NCBI GenBank assembly: GCA_043228905.1
Contig: JBHGNT010001218.1
Location: forward strand, 1 to 10,875
Direction: 5' to 3'
Source of the DNA: Azolla caroliniana
Lineage: Eukaryota; Plantae; Polypodiophyta
DNA length: 10,875 nt
Positions 1 through 8,953 of the stretch are shown in pieces. A program made the translations under genes and the position numbers. Position 1 is the first letter of the stretch; the number at the start of each line of letters is the position of its first letter. The notes under the pieces were generated by a model. The model saw only the letters and a list, made by a program, of their open reading frames with translations, made no database searches and was not told the DNA's origin.

Positions 1-162
1 AAAATGAGACACTGTGTTTATGATCCTTGTTTCTCTTTTTTCATATTGATTATTTTCTCCCTACAGAAACAAAATTAATGATTTTTTGAAATGCAAGACT
101 TTTAGAGTTCTTAGCCAGGAACAAATTTATGTTCCTCAAGTTAAGGTAACATGAACATACAT

Positions 163-479
163 TCAGTTTGTTTGTTGGAAGAAGGTGAGAATGCTATTGT
201 ATACAATGGTGTGGGCACTATAACCAAATACAAAGTCTAGGTGGCCAAAGTTGGGCACAATGCTGGTGTGAAGACAAGGTGATGGAGATATATCACGAAG
301 GAGATGGGCAACATCTATAGTATTGGCAAACGCATCTTTCTCACCGCTCACCATTAGTGTTGGCACATGGTTACTTGGGTATTGTGACATGTTATATATT
401 GGTGATGTTGATTGTTTATACCGCATGATGTTCCCATGCGTCCCATAATCGAACATTGCAAATGTGCCTTGTCGAATCT
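163..479 (-). CDS. Lipase exon 9 (terminal; catalytic Asp and His)
   Basis: Acceptor ttgcag|AG; IRQGTFAMFDYG, SGEKD, NFGHLDFVFG; TGA at 165-163. Confidence 0.95.
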
Positions 480-3400
480 CTGCAACATATTCATATGTAC
501 ATTCATTCAATGATTATAAAAGATTTATTTTGTGAAATCTAAGGTTCATCTTATAAAGGAATTGAGATTAACATCTAACATTTTGTTTATGAAAACATTC
601 ATCCATAGTCAAGCATAATATGAATAGCTTTCCCTTTGAATATGACTTACGTTGAGCAAAATGAGCCAAATTCTTCACCGATGTGTCTTGGGTTTCATAT
701 TTATCGATGTAGGACCTCCTCGTGGTATTCATGCAACAAGTAAAACCTAATTCATGCATAAAAGAAACCAAATTGTTAACATAGGGAATATTCATATTTA
801 GTTGCACCAATTTTGATTTTTTTGTCACATAAGAAATGTTCATATTTAGATGCAAGAAAAATCACTTGTGTAACATTGTAATTGTGTGGCCCATTAATGT
901 TGGATAATCATAGAATTCATACTTTGGGTTATTCGGTACAAAAGTCTACCTACAAAAGGCTTGTTAGTGACTCCACTTGCAATGTACGTAGTAGATGCTC
1001 TAACTAAGCCTCAATATTCGAAACACTTGATATTAATCATTGCACACACTATTTAAGTAGCATTATTGATTACATACATTGACTAAGTTACTAAATAATA
1101 ATTAGTCAAATCGACATGTTCATCATTAGTCATCACAGTCTAAACATATCAATTGATGATGAGACATTAACCTGAGAAAAGTCGGAACCAATCTTTGTAA
1201 CATTTCACACTAGTTGCTTTACACAAGAAATCCACCAGCGATCTACCACTAGGTCTATGCTTGACAAATTTAACAAGAAATAACAAAAGAATTAGGATAC
1301 TAATCAATACTACTTTAATCTCATGTAGAAATAGAACATTTAAAATTATAATTTGATTACACATACCCACGTGTAGTGAGTTGGTGGATGTGCAATGCCT
1401 CAAGTACCTGGATATTAATCATATAGTGGGTACCAATTCATATATTTTATAGTTAGAATGTAATTGACAAATGGACAAATATATTAGATACAATACATAA
1501 AGTTGTATTGACACTTTGTCCCTATAAAAGTTAGATTTATGTTATTTACTATTTCAACACCTTAGTATGCATGTATGTGTGTGTGTATGTATGTATGTAT
1601 GTATCTATGTATGTATGTATGTATGTTTAAATCAAAGAGTATATCTAAACTTGATTGTAAGTTGCTTACCTTTTGTAATTGTAATTTGGAGGAAATGTAG
1701 ACAATCTGTGGTCCACTTGTGATATATGACACTGGAGCAAGAAGAGCTACTTTGCTTACTAATTCCACTAATTTCCCTTGCGAGAATGTTGCTAATGTTG
1801 CTTGAGCACCCTATACAATCATTTAGAAACATTGAATTTTACTCCGAATTGATTATGTAATAATAGATAGCCCTTCACTTCGATTTTTGTGGTAAGTGTT
1901 TCAATTTGTTTTATACATATCTTAATGTGATCTTATCTACATATCTTTTTTATGTTGTGATGGTCTACTATTCGTGATCAAAAAGACCAAGTCAATGTGG
2001 AACTTTCCTTGGCCTCTCTTATCATTGGGTATCTCAACATGGAAGAGCCATCTAAGTACAAGGTGAGTTATGCACACATTGTGTACGAGAACAACCAACA
2101 TTGAGTTAATGTTGATCTTTCTTCTTCGAGCATCTAGGGGCAAAGTTTTCCTAGTGGCTGTTAGGTTCACAAGATGAGACAAGATCCATATATCAGTTTC
2201 ATCAAGATATTTAGGTTCGGTTTCAATTAATTAAACAATATTAAGGGTGTCCATGAATGGTATTATTAATCGGTACCATAAAGTCACGTCTAGTGACACA
2301 TGAATTTTCTTCAAGCTGATTGAGTTTAAACTTGTTATTATGCTTTGACCACATTTCTTTTTCTATTGGAATGAATATGTGTCTAGGAACACATGATTTC
2401 CCTTGTGATGCAAAACACAAACTTGTTACTATGTTTCGACTATATTTTCTTTTCCTAGTGATACACTATTTTATGCTATCAACCAAACGCCATGGCTAGG
2501 TTCAAATCCATATGTTCACACATTTTTCTTAAAACATATATAATTTCTCATGAATTGCATGCCACATTGATGTATCAAACTAATCATGTTCACTTGCCTA
2601 ACAATTGACACATCCATCTCAACTCCATGTTTTCTAGTCTCACTAGTAGCAGCTAGATCTTGATAGTGAGTCGACCCCGGTCTCAACTATGTCCTACGTT
2701 TGTCAACGAGTTAGTTACATTACCAACCTCGGAGTACGCCACAAGAAGGACTTTTTGTTGAGTGGCGGATGACACCACTTGTAGGGAAGCACAAAAATCT
2801 TCGGAAGCAATCTCATCCACACTCCAGTCCCAGAATCCCTACAATAATTGAATGTGGTACATACAATAGTAGATATAGAAATACATATTATTTGGATTAG
2901 TACAAAATATTTGCAAGATTTAATCTTATATTACAACATTAATCTCAAATTGCAAGATTAATCCATTGTGTACATATATATTGCATTGGAATGTCATTAA
3001 CATGCCCTAACACAACTCCAGAATGGGTTGTTTCTAGTTACAAAGTTCCGAATTACGTGCATAATACCGGCATTTTTAGACAGAATGCGGGGTAATCATG
3101 CTGATTAAACCATGTGTTTTGCCTTCAGCTGAAAATGGATTAGAATGTAATCTTACCTTGTCTTTGCTCTTGTAATTAAGGTGTCCATAGCTAAATCTTG
3201 TGGCTCGATAGTTTGCTATCCAGACATCGTAACCGCGATCTGCAAGGATGAATCCCAAGCCTTCCCCGGGTGGATTAATCACCCATACATCACCTCCCTA
3301 CAGTTAACACATGAATGATCTTCCCACTTTACCATTTATTTAATTCATTGATCTACTTTGAACTGACTCCGAGGTTTTAGTGACTCAACAATTTGATGAT

Positions 3401-3994
3401 TAATTTATATTTTAGAGGCTAAGGATTCATTTTATGGTCCTCCCAAATGATGATTAGTTAGCTTTAATGATAAAAGCATTGAGCTTATTAAAACATTTTA
3501 GGAGCACAAGCAAAAAAACTTCGATCGAATTATGACATTCCATCGAATCGAAAGTGTGTTGGAGCTAATTATTACGAAACGGAGTAAAATACCGTGAAGA
3601 TTCCGTGGAACAGAAGAACTGGAGATAGAAGATTATGAGTAGTAGGGATCATTTCCGGCCTCCACATTCTCTGAATGCCCAGCAGGAATCCATCGCTTGT
3701 TTGAACCTGCGAGCATATAAATCATCGAAAAGCTCCAATAAAGTTAGGCGGGTAATTAAGAGAATGAGACCATTAATTAGTAGTGACAGCACAAATTAAA
3801 GTCTGTACCACATATTCCTGGCAATTGTAAACTTTGTAGGGCATGACAAGATCGGAACAGAGGCCATCTGCACGATCCGTCTTGTGGTATGAAACCAATC
3901 CCGCCGTGCACCTCGTAACAATCAATTGGCCAAAAACAAGATAGTTGGCCATAACAATTAACACTAAAATCTGCAAACCCTCCATCGTCTTCAT
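163..3994 (-). CDS. Triacylglycerol lipase / acid lipase family alpha/beta hydrolase (LIP1/LIP2-MPL1-like), 9 exons, 409 aa: join complement(3809..3994, 3593..3706, 3157..3297, 2728..2838, 1670..1810, 1367..1407, 1172..1254, 651..746, 163..479)
   Basis: Hand-spliced. All 8 introns are GT..AG, phases are compatible (0,0,0,0,0,2,1,1), and the exons total 1230 nt = 409 aa + TGA with no internal stop. Family motifs in order: hydrophobic N-terminus, CQEYVVQTSDGFLLGIQR, PVLLFHG, LGFILADRGYDVWIAN, FWDWSVDE, AYS183EG, VALLAPV, CCMN, TSVKNLAHFAQ, FAMFDYG, SGEKD353, FGH384LDFVFG. Family recognised; orthology not established, so no symbol. Confidence 0.95.
651..746 (-). CDS. Lipase exon 8 (FTCCMNTT...TSVKNLAHFAQ)
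   Basis: Acceptor attag|GT, donor AAC|gtaagt; 96 nt; CCxN and TSxKNxxH motifs. Confidence 0.93.
1172..1254 (-). CDS. Lipase exon 7 (PSGRSLVDFLCKATSVKCYKDWFRLFSG)
   Basis: Acceptor catag|A, donor CAG|gttaat; 83 nt; conserved cap-domain Cys pair. Confidence 0.9.
1367..1407 (-). CDS. Lipase exon 6, 41-nt small exon (VLEALHIHQLTTRG)
   Basis: Acceptor tccag|GTA, donor GG|gtatgt; required to bridge phase 0 to phase 2; fits the cap-domain segment of plant acid lipases. Confidence 0.85.
1564..1626. repeat. (TATG)n/(TG)n compound microsatellite in lipase intron 5
   Basis: Directly visible gtatgtgtgtgtgtatgtatgtatgtatgtatctatgtatgtatgtatgtatgt. Confidence 0.95.
1670..1810 (-). CDS. Lipase exon 5 (GAQATLATFSQGKL...KLQLQK)
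   Basis: Acceptor tatag|GGT, donor AAG|gtaagc; 141 nt; VALLAPVSY motif. Confidence 0.93.
2728..2838 (-). CDS. Lipase exon 4 (GFWDWSVDEIA...VLLVAYSE), carries catalytic Ser; not in ORF track
   Basis: Acceptor tgtag|GGA, donor GAG|gttggt; 111 nt; FWDWS motif; Ser codon TCC at 2733-2731. Confidence 0.93.
3157..3297 (-). CDS. Lipase exon 3 (GGDVWVINPP...YKSKDK)
   Basis: Acceptor tgtag|GGA, donor AAG|gtaaga; 141 nt; LGFILADRGYDVWIAN motif. Confidence 0.95.
3593..3706 (-). CDS. Lipase exon 2 (VQTSDGFLLGIQR...PVLLFHGIFT), not in ORF track
   Basis: Acceptor gcag|GTT, donor ACG|gtattt; 114 nt; contains the TxDGFxL and oxyanion-hole HG motifs. Confidence 0.93.
3809..3994 (-). CDS. Lipase exon 1 (putative signal peptide, MKTMEG...CQEYV)
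   Basis: ATG at 3994 (alternative in-frame ATG at 3985); hydrophobic LQILVLIVMANYLVFG; conserved GLC...YxCxEY; donor GTG|gtacag at 3808. Confidence 0.88.
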
Positions 3995-4122
3995 CGATCT
4001 CTAATATTTAAGCTACGTTAAATCCTGGATCTAACTGGGACTTACAAAAACCCTCTTTAATTAAGATTAATGTATGTGTGGCAGAGCGTAATACTCTCTG
4101 ATTCCGCTAAATCAACGAATTT

Positions 4123-4164
4123 ACATTCGGTTCGGTTAATGCAACATTCGGTTCGATCAACGCG
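4123..4164. repeat. 2 x 21-bp tandem repeat in the lipase proximal upstream region
   Basis: acattcggttcggttaatgca / acattcggttcgatcaacgcg, 17/21 identical, all four mismatches transitions. Confidence 0.8.
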
Positions 4165-4616
4165 ACAAGAAGCTCAAAACCAATGCAATTAATCCCGTTC
4201 CGATGCAGACTGTCACTAGCTGAGCAACATAAACCCCCAAAAATGGTGAGAATATAATCGGAGCATGGTGAAGGAAGCTTTTTTTTTAAGTAGCGCGTGA
4301 TTAAGCTTATCCAGGAAGAAGCCTGTGGAATCAAGCTGCTTTGCTTAGTCTTTAATTAGCCTTTTAGGCGATCAGAGCAGGATTAAGCTTTAGAAGAAGG
4401 GGATGTAAGAAGGAACAGTGGAATCACTCCTGGTATAAAAAAACAGAGAAGAAGAGAGAATGGAGGGACATAGAATACATCCACAGGAAGCCATGAATGA
4501 ATGTAATTAAAATCAAATGATTGGGTTGTTATTGCCAAATCAAATGAAGGAAGCCTCTCTCTTTCAAGCCAAAGGTTTGGTGACATTCAATTAATTCAAA
4601 ATGCTTTTGCATATTT

Positions 4617-4634
4617 ACGGAGGGTACCCTCCGT
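4617..4634. repeat. Perfect 18-bp palindrome ACGGAGGGTACCCTCCGT
   Basis: Self-complementary with no loop; each arm resembles a Stowaway/mariner terminus flanking a central TA. Confidence 0.85.
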
Positions 4635-4705
4635 CCCCAGCCCCCCGCGTGTGTTTGTCCAATAATTCGGTCGGGGCCTCTCGCTTGGTTCCGATAGTAA
4701 GTTAC

Positions 4706-4720
4706 GTGTGTGTGTGTGTG
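4706..4720. repeat. (GT)n microsatellite
   Basis: gtgtgtgtgtgtgtg, flanked by the imperfect inverted repeat gtaagttac / gtgacttac. Confidence 0.85.
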
Positions 4721-5239
4721 ACTTACTTTTGTTGGGATTTCGAAACCCTGTGGTTATAACCTACGAACTACGAATCACATACTGGGTTATGTTTTGGGGT
4801 ACGTTTCCACACGTGGAAATCGACCAATGTGGAACCTCATTCTTCCCGCAGGTGATGACTAATATGTTTGGACTTGGTTTAACACCCCCCCGTCTACAGT
4901 GACTAACTACATTTGTATAGCCGGTTTATGGTTCATCGTGGGTTCTAACATAACTAAGTAGATTGCTAGTTATTGTTCTCGAGAAAACACTAGTGAAAGA
5001 CCCGATTAAATGTTGGGGCTATTTTTTTTTCACTTTTGAAAGATTGAGGTAAAAATGCGTTTTCAAAATTAAGGGTTAAACACGAAATATGAAAGTCACG
5101 AGAGTTGAGTACGGTATCATTTAGTTGCTAAGAAAGGAGACTTTTGGTTTCCAAAGACATCAACTTGGCATTTAGGCCATTGGATGTTTACTAAGGTACA
5201 TAAATTTGATATCTATAATTGAGTCATTGGATGACCACT

Positions 5240-5269
5240 CTCTTTATGATGTGGGACCATCATAAAGAG
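5240..5269. repeat. Perfect 12-bp inverted repeat (stem-loop)
   Basis: CTCTTTATGATG-tgggac-CATCATAAAGAG. Confidence 0.85.
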
Positions 5270-6470
5270 CATTAATATGCTTTGCTTAGATCTTTGTCGT
5301 AACACGTGTACTAGAAGACCAAAGCATCCGAGGTTGTTTTGAGGTGTGGTAAATAGATTTTGAGTTTGTTGAAATGGCGTTATTAACCAATATCTCGATG
5401 TCTAATTAGTCTTACTCTTCAATGTCTCCAATTTGAAGGTGTTTTTTGCCTTCCATTCCAAAATTTAGAGGCCATTCTCTAGTATATATTGGAAAGGAAA
5501 TTTTCATTCATTTCTAATGAATCAAGTTATTGTGCTTTTAGTTGGGTTTTGCTTGCCTTTGATAAGGAAAGATGAGAAAGTCACAATAATAGAAGTCATC
5601 TCTAGATGGAGAAGGCTCTTGGATTTAGGAAAAAGATTGCACAACAATTTGTTCTTTTATGTGTAGTTATCAAAATAATTACGAATCCCTCGGGATAGGT
5701 AAAAGATTTCAGAAATTTAATGTATAGATTGCCCAAAAACATACGACTAGATTTGGGGCGGTATTGAGAAAATATCAACACGTTTCCCCGAACATAGTTC
5801 TTTGTTCTAACTTCCATAAAATACACATGTTCATGCGATGCTAGACTTAGCAACAATAAACATCGAGAATTCCAACATATGTGTCTTGTTGTCCTTACTT
5901 TGAACACTTACTTAGGAAAGACAATTGAAAAAATCATAAAACAATTAAATCATAAAATACCCAAAAAGTGATGGGTAATATGGTTCTTGAATGCAAGGGG
6001 GTACACCGTACATTGTTCATCTTGATGTCCATGACTGCCTAATTGCACTTGCTTTGAGATGGTAATAAGAGAGACTTTAATAAGTCTATACCTACACCAT
6101 CCTCTCTTGAGCCACTCACATCTATTAAGAATGTCAAGGATTATCGAGTTTGATGAATATTTTCATTCATCAATTATCTCATTTTTAAACTACCTCACAT
6201 GCACTTTATTGAGCTGTCTAAACTGCATTTGGTGTTGGTGGATTGATTTCCTCCACATTGCACATTTGCAAGGTAAAATACACCTTTCATTGTACTATTC
6301 GATTCTTTATAAGACTATGGTACCTCACATGCAATAAAAAAAAAAGTGCAAGGCATGTCTTAATTGCTTAAGTATTATTCATATGAAGTAGATGCAGAGT
6401 TTACCTTCTTTTTTCTTTTATCCCTACTTTTACCAATAGTTATACTAAAGCGCTCGAGATAGAGTGCAAA

Positions 6471-6516
6471 ATTACACTAGTAAAATGCTAAAATACAGAG
6501 ATTACACTAGTAAAAT
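6471..6516. repeat. 16-bp direct repeat, 30-bp period
   Basis: ATTACACTAGTAAAAT at 6471-6486 and 6501-6516. Confidence 0.85.
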
Positions 6517-6549
6517 AATATGATAAATTCTAACGTGAGGTTGCATATT

Positions 6550-7435
6550 CCAATGGAGCCATTAACTCACAAAGACCAATTCACATGTTGTCCTTTACGT
6601 ATGTTTGGAGAGGATATCAAGGTGTGAAGAGAGATGACGATTCATCACCAAGCCTTCAAGAAAAATCAGGTGATATTAGTTACTATGCTGTCTCCATTTC
6701 GTGAAAAGGATCATGTGGAGAAATAAGACAAGGTAATTATCCCTTAGGATTTCAATGGTCCATATGTTAAATCATTCATTGGGATTTCAATTCCTTGATA
6801 TGATAGAGAGAGCAATGGAAATTTCTCTTCGGTGCATCTTCACAATTATTCTAAATCCATTCGATGAAAGGAACCATGTAGAGAAACTCAATTCAAAGAA
6901 CATCTCAAGGAGGACACAATGAGGACCAATGAAATGGAAGATCTTTATGGTGCTTGCTCAAATGTTTTGATGACAAAGGATGATGTGGCACTTGATAAAA
7001 ACTTCTTCATACAAGACTCTACCGTCTAGTAATTCAAGAAAAACCTTCTTAAATGGAGAATAGGGTGGAGACAAATGTCCTTTAGTTTCTCAACATTCAA
7101 GAAACTCATTAGGGAAACCAAGAAAGTCTAAGGGCAAAAGTGGCTCTAATAGTTTGAGACACTCAAAGTGCCTTCAATGTAAAACAGTGAGATTTCATGC
7201 TAGTAATAAAATGCTAGTTTCTGTAAATGAGATGTGTGAAATAAAAAAAGAAAAAGATAATGTCCGACTACTCAAAGAAGTAATGGCAAGCAAGGAATTA
7301 CTCAAAGAAGAATAAAGGATATTGGGAATTGTGAATGTGGTTTTGTACGATGCCAAAATAGGGGATCATGACAATGACATTGACTTGAATTTTCTTGGGT
7401 CTAGGGTGATTCCAGTTAACTCTATTTCCATGTGA
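6550..7435 (+). mobile_element. Highly decayed coding-like relic, possibly retrotransposon gag C-terminus (boundaries approximate)
   Basis: Purine-rich + strand. One frame is open 7064-7312 and continues past a stop to 7435: basic/Ser-rich GKPRKSKGKSGSNS, then CLQCKTVRFHASN (vestigial CX2CX4HX4C-like, 7169 onward), a charged stretch, then VNVVLYD...IPVNSI. Confidence 0.35.
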
Positions 7436-7970
7436 AACATATTGGCCGTTTGACAAACATTGTATAACATGAACCAGCCGGTTATAAATTCAAAGGGGCT
7501 GAATAAACTACATCGTGAGTAATATAATAGTCCGTTGAATATAATATTTATAAAGTACGATAGTATATAAGATATTCTAGAGAAGAATAAGGGCCATTGT
7601 TGCCTTCTTCAAGTCATAGAAATAAATACAATAAAGGACAAGTAAACCTTTAATGAAGCACAACTGGAGGTATTACCTCGCCCCATTAGGTAAAATAGAG
7701 TGCATTAGAGTGAATCTTAGAGTGGTAAAAGTGCACATTACTACTAATTGGAGAGAGTGAGAGTGAAACCAATTAAAGACATATCATCTAATGTAATCAT
7801 CACCATCAATCAATTGTGGTCCTTTTAATATTGTGTATTAAGTGTTATTTCTCACATATTCTTTAAGTCACTATGTTAATCTATTCAGTGTCCTTCCTAC
7901 CTCCAAGCTAACTCAATGTTGGTGACTATTGACCTTTGCCAACCACCTAAGACAACAACATCATTCATCA

Positions 7971-7990
7971 AAAGAAAGAAAGAAAGAAAG
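7971..7990. repeat. (GAAA)n microsatellite
   Basis: aaagaaagaaagaaagaaag. Confidence 0.85.
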
Positions 7991-8153
7991 ATATCTAACA
8001 TCTTCGAAATTTTTTTTTTGGCCATGAAACAATTGGTTACAACAAAATGGTATGTGTACCCAATCATAAAAGACATGCCCACCCCCTTCCCTCTTGCGCT
8101 AATGTTCTTCCTTATAGTGCCTATAGTATAACGTTGAGTGACAAGCTCAACAT

Positions 8154-8283
8154 GGGCTAGATCGGCTGAAAAAGCAAAAAGCCAGATCAAACGTAGGTTG
8201 ATCGGCTAGGCCCGGATTGGTTGAAGAAGCTAGAACCCGGATCGAACAAAGACCGATTGGCTAGGCCGGATCGACTAAGAGCC
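8154..8283. repeat. Degenerate 55-bp tandem repeat (about 2.3 units) rich in GATCGG-like motifs
   Basis: Units 8154-8208 and 8209-8263 align ungapped at 38/55 (13 of 17 mismatches are transitions); partial third unit follows. Confidence 0.65.
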
Positions 8284-8445
8284 GACAAGTTGTTAGGGGC
8301 CTATATTCCTATTTTAGTAAATAGGAATATTATAGGTTGATAGTGTCAGTAGCTCATTCATGAGCATTGAAGTACTTGTCAGTACTTCTGCCAGCCTGTT
8401 GGAGGACTTCTATAAAAGGTGCTCAATGAGCACATTGTTATGTAT

Positions 8446-8884
8446 TGTTAAGAATTAGGTAATTAAGCAAGGGTTAATTAGTACCTAATTATGTGATGAA
8501 GCTAAGCGTACGATTATGTGATATGTGTATGTATGTGTGTGAGAGGAAGAGAGAGAGGAAGATACACTTATGAACAACACAAGATGGGGGATGATAAACT
8601 CTATATTAAATTAGCAATATCATCATCAAATACAAAAATACCCACAATAAGGTATATATACATCTCATGTGCAAAGGCGCACATGTGTGAGTAGAATATA
8701 GGTACTAAGATGTAAGTCCTATATTAAATGTACTTAGGAGTATAGGATCTAGAATATCTCACTTAAGTACAAGGTCCTATTTAAGGCGTTATAGTCAACA
8801 CTCCTAACTAGATTCTATCTAAGTAACTACGAAGTTACATAGTTGACTAAATAACTAAACTAGGTTGAGCTTGATCTCTCAATA
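8446..8884 (-). mobile_element. Probable solo LTR (439 bp) nested in reverse orientation inside the copia LTR
   Basis: Termini TGTTAAGA...TCTCAATA (one transition each from TGTTGAGA...TCTCAACA); flanks TGTAT (8441-8445) / TGTAC (8885-8889) as a 4/5 TSD; on the - strand TATATATA (8660-8653) is followed by TTAATATAG and a CT-rich tract, mirroring the host LTR layout. Confidence 0.6.
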
Positions 8885-8932
8885 TGTACATAGCGCTATT
8901 ATTTTTTAATATAGTTTTTTGTGTTTGCCCAA

Positions 8933-8953
8933 CTCTCTCTCTCTCTCTCTCTC
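8933..8953. repeat. (CT)n microsatellite within the copia LTR
   Basis: ctctctctctctctctctctc. Confidence 0.9.

Noticed and set aside
1937-2182. 81-aa ORF and Cys/Trp-containing frames in lipase intron 4 (extra exon or LINE relic)
   Set aside because: Exon 4 splices in frame to exon 5, completing the Ser motif without it; no recognisable domain in any frame.
3698-3808. Intron 1 begins GTACAGACT (VQT) and exon 2 begins GTTCAAACA (VQT), resembling intron gain by duplication
   Set aside because: Only 6/9 nt match, GTA is forced by the donor consensus, and as I recall this intron position is shared with other plant acid lipases; probably coincidence.
5240-5292. Hairpin as a Helitron 3' end, terminator or miRNA precursor
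   Set aside because: No properly spaced CTRR after the stem, the stem is AT-rich and far too short for a pre-miRNA, and bacterial terminators do not apply in this eukaryotic context.
6474-6516. CACTAGTAAAA as a CACTA transposon terminus (also CACTAGT near 2641 and 4988)
   Set aside because: No matching inverted terminus with a 3-bp TSD and no transposase found; it is part of a short direct repeat.
7431-8000. Possible further solo LTR ending in TCTAACA at 8000
   Set aside because: LTR-like composition, but I found no matching TG start with a TSD, PBS or PPT.
4107-8190. Short ORFs 4107-4334, 4383-4586, 4708-4902, 5602-5907, 6059-6337, 7897-8190, 7916-8131
   Set aside because: No recognisable motifs, low-complexity or microsatellite-derived composition, many with non-ATG starts; consistent with chance ORFs.
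8795-8804. TCAACA-CTCC at 8795 as the end of the nested LTR
   Set aside because: No TSD match to TGTAT and no full polypurine tract; 8884 fits the TIR and TSD better.
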